Origin: Eledone cirrhosa
Lineage: Eukaryota
Length of the DNA stretch: 64,000 bases
Assembly (NCBI GenBank): GCA_964016885.1
Contig: OZ024764.1
Coordinates: forward strand, 8,928,001 to 8,992,000
Direction: 5' to 3'
The notes under the pieces were generated by a model. That model was given only the letters and a program-made list of their open reading frames with translations, was not told the DNA's origin and did not search any database. A program made the translations under genes and the position numbers. The first letter of the stretch is position 1, and every line of letters begins with the position of its first letter. Below are positions 52,461 to 64,000 of the stretch, one piece after another.

Positions 52461-52626
52461 AGAGAGGTGTAAGTGAGCAAGGTCAGTTTTTATGACCTCG
52501 TCCCAGGTTTTTCTTGGTCTACCCACTCCGTAGCTTCCATCAATTTTGATCGCTCCGCACTTTTTTATACAACTGTTGTCCTTCATACGCATCACATGTC
52601 CATACCGATGCAATGTGTGTGTATGC

Positions 52627-52961
52627 CTATCATCATTTCATTTTACGTCCGCCTTTTCCCTGCTTGCAAGGGTGGGACGGGAACTGATTCTGGCTTGATT
52701 TCTACAGCTGGATGCCCTTCCTAACACCAACCTCATTTACAGTGAGTGCTGGGTGCTTTTTTGCCGTGGCACCTCCACGACCACTTTGCAGTGGAATGAT
52801 AGGGACCCCAGTCCCTAGCATCTCATTTCTACAGCTGAGTAAACTGGAGCAATGTGAAATAAAGTGTCTTGCTGAAGGAAACAACACATCACCCGGTCTG
52901 AGAATTGAACTCACAACCTTTCGATTGCAAGGCCAATGCTCTAACCACTAAGCCATGTGCT
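52627..52961 (-). mobile_element. tRNA/CORE SINE with RTE tail
   Basis: Near-identical reverse complement of 50263-50602. Confidence 0.9.
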
Positions 52962-53492
52962 TATATATATATAGAATATATAGAGAGAGAGACGGGGGAG
53001 CCGACGAGGGAACCCTAACCCTATTCCAGTAATAATGATATTTTCGATTCCTGCTTTCAAGCTGTAATGTAAAGGATGATATCCTCCTCAATAAGTTTAC
53101 TCTATGTTGGGTATTGAGTTCTTTTCGCTTTGTCTGTAAAGTTATTTCGTATGTAGAGAGTGAGACACTGGTACACACAACCTCGTGACTAGTGTGACTG
53201 CGAGTAATGAATTCAAACATCTATATCGTGTTATTTTTTACACTTTTCCTAAGTTCCTTTATGCTCTCTACGTCTCTTCCTTCATTTCCTCTTACATCTC
53301 TCTCTCTCTCTCATTACCACCTGATTATGTTACCCGGAGGTTTACCCATCTGCATTGTTGAGGCTTCCAAAACAACTATTTTTATTACTATATATATATA
53401 TATATTCATTTATGTTTAGTGGTTCACCACTGGATAGAACTGGTCATTCCGTTTAGCTAACCATAATGTAATAGTAGGAAAAGCACTCTACT

Positions 53493-53907
53493 TTAACCCT
53501 TTAGTATTCACATTATTGTATATATACTATTATATTTTCACGGTAAAGGCTTTCGCTCGTATAATTATCTCACATATATCGAATCTATGAGATTTTGAAA
53601 GTATTTATTTTGAGAACCTTAACATCAGTTTGAGTGACCAGTTACAGCCAGTTTCAACAGAAAGAGGTAGAGAATTGTGGCCGGTTTTGGCCGGTTTGAA
53701 CATTAACCCTTTAGCATTCACATTATTTTATAAATACTATTATATTTTCATGATAAAGGCTTTACCTCACATAATATCGAATCTATGAGATTTTGAAAGT
53801 ATTTATTTTGAGAACAATACCTTAACATCAGTTTGATCGACCACTAATGGCCAGTTTCAACAGAAAGAGGTAGAGAATTGTGGCCGGTTTGAACACTAAA
53901 GGGTTAA
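53493..53907. mobile_element. Tandem pair of piggyBac-like TTAA MITEs
   Basis: TTAACCCTTTAG at 53493 and ~53703; ends CTAAAGGGTTAA. Confidence 0.8.
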
Positions 53908-53949
53908 AGGAACATCACCAGTCCAGCCTCATGTTATTTTAAGCAAACC

Positions 53950-53980
<31 letters not shown>

Positions 53981-54236
53981 ATGTATGCAGTAAAAACTCA
54001 AGAAAGTACGATGCTTGGGGAAGTAGGATGGGTAATATGAAGGATTCGGAACCCCGATGGTTGAGCTTCTGCCGTTTCAACAGCTCGATCCAATCTAGCT
54101 GTTTAAACGGCAGGAGCTCAACCGTTGGTGTCCCGAAACTTATATATATATATGCACGCAGAAATATCTATATATATGTTTATATGTATGTATGTGTATA
54201 TATTTACATATATGTAAGTGAATGCATCTACATATT

Positions 54237-54275
<39 letters not shown>

Positions 54276-54486
54276 ACAAACACTATTATATATATATATG
54301 TGTGTGTGTATATATATAATAGTGTTTGTACACATATATATATAATCAGCGCCTTTCATTTAACCATAACACACACCCTCCTACAGTTGTTGATTCCACA
54401 CCGCCTCTTAAAAACGAGGGTTTAAATTTATTTCAATCACTTTATGATGTACCTACAGCAAATAAATCGATAGTTCAATAGCTTAC

Positions 54487-54588
54487 CTTCGTCCCTGGGC
54501 AACGATCTAGGCATTCAATAAATTCCCGTCGATAAGAATCGCGGAGTAAACCCAAGTTTACTTTGCCTGTTGTCAGATGAGCTGCCAT
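54487..54588 (-). CDS. VPS33A: VPS33A coding exon 1 (start codon)
   Basis: ATG GCA GCT CAT..: MAAHLTTGKVNLGLLRDSYRREFIECLDRCPGTK then GTAAGC donor; resembles the vertebrate VPS33A N-terminus MAAHLSYGRVNL. Confidence 0.96.
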
Positions 54589-54884
54589 GTTCATTGCATT
54601 ATCTGCGGGACTGCTTCAACTAATTGTTTTCGCTTAAACCTTTCAATGCCAAGTTTGTTTATTAAAAATAATAACAATATTTTCTGATTTAGACACAAGG
54701 CTAACTATTTTTTGGGGGATAATAATAATTATTATAGTTTGTTTTTAGTTGAAATGGATAAATTTTGATTAAATTAAACTGGTAATATATATTTTATGCG
54801 GATTAGTTTTTTTTTTGTTTTGTTTTTTGATAGGGGTGGATATATTTTTTAAATATTCACTCAAGATACATTTGTTCCAAAACT

Positions 54885-55305
54885 ATTATAAATTATGGTA
54901 ACTTTATCTCCCAGAATGTTATAAATTGGGACACTTTTATCCCTCAAAATGATATAAATTGGGACACTTTTATCCCCCAAAATCTTATAAATTGGGACAC
55001 TTTTATCCTCCAAAACGTTATAAACTGGGACAATTTTATCTCCAAAAATGTTATAAATTTAGTACAATATTATCCCCAAAAATGTTATAAATTGGGACAA
55101 CATTATCCCCAAAAATGTTATAAATTTGGGACAACATTATCCCCAAAAATGTTATAAATTGGGACAACATTAACCCCAAAAATGTTATAAATTGAGACAC
55201 TTTTATCCCCCAAAATGTTATAAATTGGGACACTTTTATCCCCCCAAAAGTTATAAATTGGGACACTTTATCCCCCAAATGTTATAAATTAGGGCAACAT
55301 TACCC
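54885..55305. repeat. ~34-bp minisatellite (TTATAAATTGGGACACTTTTATCCCC...)
   Basis: About 12 diverged copies; related to 58345-58965. Confidence 0.9.
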
Positions 55306-55494
55306 TAACAGTATCACAAATCAAGCCAGATCTGTCGTTTTGCTTTATGTTGAAGTTTCTGTTGTTTAGTTTTCCTTTGACCGTATAACAGATAGACAAG
55401 GAAGTGAGTATTAGCTCGTTCTCTCTTAAATACATATATATAACTTAGGTTTCGGCCAGTATAAACTCAGGCCATGGCTAACTTAATAGCACTA

Positions 55495-56008
55495 CCTGTC
55501 ACTGCTTGTCTCTCCTGCTCTCCCCATCTCTTGTATACACCAGGTCTGAACACAGAGGAACCAATCTCCCGCTGTCACTGCCTCTGTCTCTCCTACTCTC
55601 CCCATCTCTTGTATACACCAGGTCTGAACACAGAGGAACCAATCTCCCGCTGTCACTGCCTCTGTCTCTCCTACTCTCCCCATCTCTTGTATACACCAGG
55701 TCTGAACACAGAGGAACCAATCTCCCGCTGTCACTGCCTCTGTCTCTCCTGCTCTCCCCATCTCTTGTATACACCAGGTCTGAACACAGAGGAACCAATC
55801 TCCCACTGTCATTGCCTCCATCTCTCCCGGTTTCCCTATCTCTCATATACACCAGGGCCAAACACAAAGGAACCAAACTCCAACTCCCATAGTCACTGTC
55901 TTCATCTCTCCTGCTCTCCCTATCTCTTGTATACACCAGGTCCAAACACAGAGGAACCAAACTCCCACTGTCACTGCCTCCATCTCTCCCGCTCTCCCCA
56001 TCTCTCAC
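55495..56008. repeat. 78-bp minisatellite (~6.5 copies)
   Basis: TCTTGTATACACCAGGTCTGAACACAGAGGAACCAATCTCCCGCTGTCACTGCC... period 78. Confidence 0.93.
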
Positions 56009-56084
56009 TAAACCCCCAAAATATTATGAATTGGGACACTTTTGTCCTAACAGTTATACAAATGGGGACACTTTTGTCCCAATA

Positions 56085-58343
56085 ATACAAGCAGCCAAAA
56101 TAGAATTCCTTCAATGGGTCTTTGGAGTAACATTACCCTATAATATACATATCTTGATGATCAGAGAGTCACTTCAGATAGAGCCGTTGCTTCTTTGAAT
56201 TGAGAGATCACAGCTCTGATACTATGGGCATGTGGTTAGAATGTCTCAGGAAAGAATCTCTGAATTGAGAGATTACAGCTCTGACACTACAGACATGTGG
56301 TTAGAATGTCTCAGGAAAGAATCTCTGAATTGAGAGATCACAGCTCTGACACTACAGACATGTGGTTAGAATGTCTCAGGAAAGAATCTCTGAATTGAGA
56401 GATCACAGCTCTGACACTACAGACATGTGGTTAGAATGTCTCAGGAAAGAATCTCTGAATTGAGAGATCACAGCTCTGACACTACAGACATGTGGTTAGA
56501 ATGTCTCAGGAAAGAATCTCTGAATTGAGAGATCACAGCTCTGACACTACAGACATCTGGTTAGAATGTCTCAGGAAAGAATCTCTGAATTGAGAGATCA
56601 CAGCTCTGACACTACAGACATGTGGTTAGAATGTCTCAGGAAAGAATCTCTGAATTGAGAGATCACAGCTCTGATACTACAGACATGTGGTTAGAATGTC
56701 TCAGGAAAGAATCTCTGAATTGAGAGATCACTGCTCTGATACTACAGACATGTGGTTAGAATGTCTCAGGAAAGAATCTCTGGATTGAGAGATCACTGCT
56801 CTGATACTACAGACATGTGGTTAGAATGTCTCAGGAAAGAATCTCTGAATTGAGAGATCACAGCTCTGATACTACAGACATGTGGTTAGAATGTCTCAGG
56901 AAAGAATCTCTGAATTGAGAGATCACAGCTCTGATGCTACAGACATGTGGTTAGAATGTCTCAGGAAAGAATCTCTGAATTGAGAGATCACAGCTCTGAT
57001 GCTACAGACATGTGGTTAGAATGTCTCAGGAAAGAATCTCTGGATTGAGAGATCACAGCTCTGATGCTACAGACATGTGGTTAGAATGTCTCAGGAAAGA
57101 ATCTCTGGATTGAGAGATCACAGCTCTGATGCTACAGACATGTGGTTAGAATGTCTCAGGAAAGAATCTCTGAATTGAGAGATCACAGCTCTGATACTAC
57201 AGACATGAGGTTAGAATGTCTCAGGAAAGAATCTCTGAATTGAGAGATCACAGCTCTGACACTACAGACATGTGGTTAGAATGTCTCAGGAAAGAATCTC
57301 TGAATTGAGAGATCACAGCTCTGACACTACAGACATGTGGTTAGAATGTCTCAGGAAAGAATCTCTGAATTGAGAGATCACAGCTCTGACACTACAGACA
57401 TGTGGTTAGAATGTCTCAGGAAAGAATCTCTGAATTGAGAGATCACAGCTCTGACACTACAGACATCTGGTTAGAATGTCTCAGGAAAGAATCTCTGAAT
57501 TGAGAGATCACAGCTCTGATACTACAGACATGTGGTTAGAATGTCTCAGGAAAGAATCTCTGAATTGAGAGATCACTGCTCTGATACTACAGACATGTGG
57601 TTAGAATGTCTCAGGAAAGAATCTCTGGATTGAGAGATCACTGCTCTGATACTACAGACATGTGGTTAGAATGTCTCTGGGAAGAATCTCTGAATTGAGA
57701 GATCACAGCTCTGATACTACAGACATGTGGTTAGAATGTCTCAGGAAAGAATCTCTGGATTGAGAGATCACAGCTCTGATACTACAGACATGTGGTTAGA
57801 ATGTCTCAGGAAAGAATCTCTGAATTGAGAGACCACAGCTCTGATACTACAGACATGTGGTTAGAATGTCTCAGGAAAGAATCTCTGAATTGAGAGATCA
57901 CAGCTCTGATACTACAGACATGTGGTTAGAATGTCTCAGGAAAGAATCTCTGAATTGAGAGATCACAGCTCTGATACTACAGACATGTGGTTAGAATGTC
58001 TCAGGAAAGAATCTCTGAATTGAGAGATCACAGCTCTGATACTACAGACATGTGGTTAGAATGTCACAGGAAAGAATCTCTGGATTGAGAGATCACAGCT
58101 CTGATACTACAGACATGTGGTTAGAATGTCTCTGGGAAGAATTGCTGGACAAATTTTACAGGCAAAAACCAACTGGTAGGAGACCCAGGGATAGAACCAT
58201 GAGCTTGGCTGATCTCGCTTGGGGATCTAGGTGGATTAGTTGAAGACGGTTACTTCTGACAGGACCCGTTGGAGGGAGTGTTTGAGGACTCTACCCCCAC
58301 GACTCTCTCAGGAATAAGTGGGCAAAGAAGAAGAAGAAAAAGA
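56085..58343 (+). mobile_element. RTE LINE 3' fragment (family 2) with internal 65-bp array (~30 copies, ~56197-58145)
   Basis: IQAAKIEFLQWVFGVTL...IRESLQIEPLLL.IERSQL.YYGHVVRMSQER..QKPTGRRPRDR; (GAA)n tail; same unit as 12405-13512. Confidence 0.9.
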
Positions 58344-58344
58344 A

Positions 58345-58965
58345 AAGGGGACACTTTGGACTCAACTGTATTATGAATTGAGACACATTGTCCCCAAAAT
58401 TATATAAATTGGGACACTTTTGTCCCCACAGCTCTATAAATTGGGACACTTTTGTCCCCGCAGCTCTATACATTGGGACACCTTTGTCCCCACAGCTCTA
58501 TAAATTGGGACACTTTTGTCCCCGCAGCTCTATACATTGGGACACCTTTGTCCCCACAGCTCTATAAATTGGGACACTTTTGTCCCTGCAGCTCTATAAA
58601 TTGGGACACTTTTGTCCCTGCAGCTCTATAAATTGGGACACCTTTGTCCCTGCAGCTCTATAAATTGGGACACTTTTGTCCCTGCAGCTCTATAAATTGG
58701 GACACTTTTGTCCCTGCAGCTCTATAAATTGGGACACTTTTGTCCCTGCAGCTCTATAAATTGGGACACCTTTGTCCCTGCAGCTCTATAAATTGGGACA
58801 CTTTTGTCCCTGCAGCTCTATAAATTGGGACACCTTTGTCCCCACAGCTCTATAAATTGGGACACTTTTGTCCCTGCAGCTCTATAAATTGGGACACTTT
58901 TGTCCCTGCAGCTCTATAAATTGGGATACTTTTATCCCATTAGTTTTATAAATTAGGCCAACTTT
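58345..58965. repeat. 34-bp minisatellite (GCTCTATAAATTGGGACACTTTTGTCCCTGCA-like)
   Basis: About 17 copies. Confidence 0.93.
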
Positions 58966-60064
58966 ACCCAAGTAAAACTCACATTGATCAATATAATAAG
59001 CAATAAAAAATAAGAAAAAATAACTATATATTGTTAAATTTTAATGAATATTGGGAAAAATTCATAAAATTTAAACTTTATATTAGAATATATATGTTTC
59101 TATGTTATAGAAATGGCAAACTTGAATGCATTTATATTTATTAGTTATTTTAAAGAAAAAATTATATATTTCTACTTTTTGTTTAAAAAATATATAAATT
59201 GATTTTTATTTTATTTTTTGTTTCGTTTTTGCTAAATAAATAAATAATTTAATATTTTTCGTTGAAAATTGTGAAAAACTTTTATGACCTAATCACATTT
59301 ATATTCTTCCCCCAAAACAAGTTGTCGTCTGCTAACGTTTGTCTGTTTTTTTCCCGTCTTAAATTAAATAAAATAATTCTGTCAAATTTATTATATGTAT
59401 ATAATAAAAACTTTCAAATAGAAATATTTATCTAAATAATTCTGTAAAGCCATTGAGAGGAATTTTTTCAAAACAAAAACAAAAACAAAAAGATTGTTCA
59501 ACCTAGAAAAGAAAAGACAATTTTCTCTTTCCACAAAAATTATCATAACGCTCAAGAATACACACAAAAATCGAACCGAATTACTATTTCCATTTCATTC
59601 ACAAATAACAACACACAAGGAAATATATAAAAAAATATACAGTATTTTTGACATATAGAAATAAAAATCGATAACATTCTTTATATATAATTAATTACCG
59701 ATATAAAAATTTGGGAGGAATTAGTGAAAATATTAGCGTACTATTTTGTATATAGTACGAGCGTATTTCTACTTTGACTATAAAAACAAAAGGTGTTGTT
59801 AGGTCGCACCGGGTTTAGGACGAAGAATGACAATATGACTGGAGCTGGTATGTTTGTGATATTTCTCTTGTTTTTCTTGGTTTGTCAAGTCATTAAACCA
59901 CCGATGTTTCTTGTTTAAATGACATTTTTAGCTCCCAACATCTTTTCTAAAGCAATTAAATTGTTTCATTTCAGAAGCAGAGACACGACAAAGGTTGTTA
60001 AGAGCGGTCAAAAAGGAGGTATGTATTTTGAAATTTACTGTACAGTATTCCATATTTTCTATCT

Positions 60065-60095
<31 letters not shown>

Positions 60096-60358
60096 CTATA
60101 CACACACACATACACACATACGCACACATACGCACATACGCACACACACACCCAAGCCCCCCCCCCTCCAATGTATACACACAGTAGAATGGTGTTGAAT
60201 TGTGTATATCAGGGTGTTCCTTCAATAACATTCTAATAAATATTGCCTGTACAGGTAATCAAAGTGTGTATACATTTTTTTTGGACACCTTATATATATA
60301 TATTTATATATATATATATATAAGGTGTCCAAAAAAAATGTATACATATATATATATA

Positions 60359-60398
<40 letters not shown>

Positions 60399-60690
60399 AG
60401 GATCGGGGTCAGGATGGCGGGAAAGTCCCTTAAATCGATCCCTGTCATCCCAGCTCCCCAGTATATAGCTGCTTCTTTTATCGATCTCGATGGGAGTTGA
60501 ACGTAGTTGGACTGTAGCTGTAATTTCAAAGGTACAACGTCGTTGTCCACACTGAATCTCCCTGAGAACTACGTTAATTGTACAAATATGTCAACCACTT
60601 GTTGGCTCGTACATACATACACAGAACAGAAGGATGGGATTTGAGGGAGATTTGGCTACTATTTCCAACAAATTTAACCACCCAGCTGTG

Positions 60691-60744
<54 letters not shown>

Positions 60745-60850
60745 TGTGTATATATATATATGTAGAGGTTATATTTAATTTGTTGGGATACAACAAGCTA
60801 AAATATTTTTATAACTGATATAAAGCACTCAACAAATTATTGGAGTAAAT

Positions 60851-61258
60851 ATACAATATATTAACAAATGGAAACTATATTTATAAAACCATATTTATTC
60901 TATTATACATATTTCAAGGGCCACCAAGGCAGATTATGATGCGCTTTCATCAGATAAAATATAATACAGAGTAGTTTTTCATCAGATAAAATATAATACA
61001 TATTAGTTTTATAAATAAATATTGACATACCCTGAAAAAATGCAACCTTAACTATCCAGGAAGCTCCAACCGTTAAGGTTGCATTTTTTTCAGGGTATGT
61101 CAATATTTATTTAGAAAACTAATCTGTATTATATTTTATCTGATGAAAGCGCACCATAATCTGCCTTGGTGGCCCTTGAAATATGTATAATAGAAATATG
61201 TATAATAGAATAAATATGGTTTTATAAATATACTTTCCATTTGTTAATATATTGTATA
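60851..61258. mobile_element. ~400-bp fold-back element with a hammerhead-like motif in each arm
   Basis: Arms ~60851-61052 and ~61073-61258; CTGATGA at 61140 ... GAAATATGTATA at 61178, mirrored at ~60895-60960. Confidence 0.8.
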
Positions 61259-61752
61259 CATATATATATATATATTTATTAAAATAACAGATTAAAGTTT
61301 AAGCAAAGAATCGCTGCTTTCACCCTTAACGGGATCTTCTGAAAATATATATACACACACGGTAGGATGTGATATGAGGGATACTGGCTACTACTACTAG
61401 CAGACCTAGCCACCAAGCTTGTGTTTACTGACACACGCACACATATATACACACGCACATATACACACACATCTATCTATCTCTCTATATATTCACACAC
61501 CAGTAGGATGTGATTTGAGGGAGATTTGGCTACTTCTTCTAACAGATCTAGCCACCCAGCTGTTTGCACACACACACACACACACGTGTGTATGTGTGTG
61601 ATAATAGTAATAAACGAAATATATATACTTTATATCATCTCTATTTATTTTATTATATATATTTCGTAGATGTAAAGTTTTATGTATAACATAAAGCAAA
61701 ACATCTCATGTATGTATGTATGTATGTATGTATGTATGTATGTATGTATGTA

Positions 61753-61819
<67 letters not shown>

Positions 61820-62289
61820 ATGTATGTATGTATGTATGTTTTCTCTTTCTCTTTCTCTTAATTTCGAGTATATTTTTTTGACCGGCCACCTTCCTGGTGG
61901 CAAGGTTGTAAAAGAAAAGAAATTGTCATCCCTTGAATCGCAAGAATGTTTTATGTATGTATGTATGTATGTATGTGTGTGTATGTATATAGAAATGACT
62001 TCTACAGGACTAGATCTATTTCATTCGTATGAAATCATCAGGGATGTCCATATGATTTCATACGAATGAAACAGTTCTAGTCCTGTATAAGTCATTTCTA
62101 TATATATAATAAAGATCCCGACACACTACCAACGTATTGAGTTCCTTTTTAGCTCTGGTTACCACCCATCCATCCTCCACACTACTAGGGGGACCTACAC
62201 ACCCATATATATGCGTATACAAGGGGTTATCTATCGATAGGTAACCCCTCTATCTGATGAGCGAACGAGTTAAATAGCTCTGTATTAAA

Positions 62290-62677
62290 GTTTAACCCCG
62301 ACGGCAGAGCTCAAGCCGTTTCGACGGCTATTTCTGAGTCCAGAAATAGCCGTCGAAACTGCTTGAGCTCTGCCGTCGGGGTTAAACTCCTATTACCCAC
62401 TCTACTACTCTACGTATTGAGTACTCTGGTACGTTATGGTCCATCTGGTTCCTTACCACATTTCCTTCGTTATATATATATATATATAGGAACAAGTAAG
62501 ACCCCGACGGCTGAGCTCAAGCCGTTTCGACGGCTAATTCTGGACTGAATTAGCCGTCGAAACGGCTTGAGCTCAGCTGTCGGGGTCTTACTTGTTCCTA
62601 TTACCCACTCTACTACCCTAAGTATTGAGTACTTTGGTGCGTTATGGTCCACCTGGTTCCTTACCACATTTCCTTCG

Positions 62678-62680
<3 letters not shown>
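62290..62680. mobile_element. Two adjacent (TA)n-embedded fold-back elements
   Basis: CCCCGACGGC..TTTCGACGGCTA-loop-TAGCCGTCGAAAC..GTCGGGG palindromes, each with the shared TACCCACTCTACTAC...CCTTCGTTA tail. Confidence 0.85.
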
Positions 62681-62716
<36 letters not shown>

Positions 62717-63004
62717 GGTGTATATATCTTATCAAATGATCCTATGGACATAATTTATAGTATATATATATATATATAAGTAGAAGGGTTATTTAATTTG
62801 TTGGAACTACGACAAATATAAATGTTTATAACTGATTTAGAGCACTCAACCAATTACTGGAGTAAATATTCAATGATATTAAATAAATGGAAACTATTTA
62901 TAAAACCACATTTATTTACCAATGATATCTTGGTAGCCTTGAAATATATATAATAAAATAAATATGATTTTATAAATATAGTTTCCATTTATTTAATATC
63001 ATTG

Positions 63005-63026
63005 TATATACACATATATATATATT

Positions 63027-63106
<80 letters not shown>

Positions 63107-63288
63107 GTATGTGGGTGTTATTTCTAGCGATTCACGCCACCGAGCCAACCAGCTGTGTTTATGAATATATAAAAAATGTCGACACACGTACAAGAGTCGT
63201 TTGTTCTCTCTCTCTCTGTCTGTATCTTTCTCTCTCTCACTGACCCTCTCTCTCACTCTCTCCCCCCCCCCCCCTCTCTCTCTCACTG

Positions 63289-63333
<45 letters not shown>

Positions 63334-63387
63334 ACCCTCTCTCTCTCTCTCTCTCACTGACCCTCTCTCTCTCTCTCTCTCTCACTG

Positions 63388-63463
<76 letters not shown>

Positions 63464-63604
63464 AGATCTAGCTGTCGAAAACGGCCGGAGCTCAGCCGTC
63501 GGGGTCTTGACTCTTTTCCTATATATATATATATATGTGTGTGTATATATATATATGTATATATTTGTGTATGTATATGTATGTGTGTATATATGTATTA
63601 TGTG

Positions 63605-63647
<43 letters not shown>

Positions 63648-64000
63648 ATGTATATATGTATATATATGTGTGTATGTATATATGTGTGTGTGTATATATG
63701 TATATATACGTATAGACACACATATATATACATATATACATACACACATATATATACATACACATATACATATATATGTATATATATATATGTGTATGTA
63801 TATACATGTGTGTATGTATATATATATATGTGTATGTATATACATGTGTGTATATGTATATATCTATATGTATATATATATGTGTATGTATATATGTATA
63901 TATATTTTTGTATATATATGTATATGTAAATATATTTATGTATATATATATGTGTATATATTTATGTATATATATATTTGTGTATATATATATGTGTATA
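63005..64000. repeat. (TA)n, (CT)n/(AG)n and (TA/TG)n microsatellite block
   Basis: Directly visible low-complexity sequence. Confidence 0.95.

Noticed and set aside
16201-54588. Alternative call as VPS33B or another Sec1/Munc18 protein
   Set aside because: The N-terminus MAAHL..G.VNL, WDE.LTGPFGLIAQY and the C-terminal [11 protein letters not shown] match VPS33A specifically.

Overview
Repeat-dense animal genomic DNA, most likely a coleoid cephalopod such as Octopus (inferred from the SINE/RTE/microsatellite repertoire). The one well-supported protein-coding gene is VPS33A (Sec1/Munc18-family HOPS/CORVET subunit) on the minus strand: 16 hand-assembled GT-AG coding exons from 54588 to 16201, 1833 nt, 610 aa plus stop. 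Also present are an intact tRNA-Glu(TTC) and two 5'-truncated 5S rRNA copies. The rest is LINE fragments (RTE, CR1-like), tRNA-derived SINEs, TTAA and TA MITEs, a probable solo LTR and many 17-95 bp tandem arrays. Nearly all long ORFs in the track are repeat artefacts. Three things stand out. (1) Two 80-bp arrays grown from an RTE LINE lie in opposite orientation around VPS33A exon 9, so the pre-mRNA could form a ~4.5 kb duplex. (2) About ten hammerhead-ribozyme-like motifs sit in (TA)n-embedded short elements, and a set of fold-back elements have their symmetry centre where hammerhead stem II would be, which suggests Penelope-like/retrozyme origin. (3) The same RLRWYGH motif has been tandem-amplified in two different RTE families.
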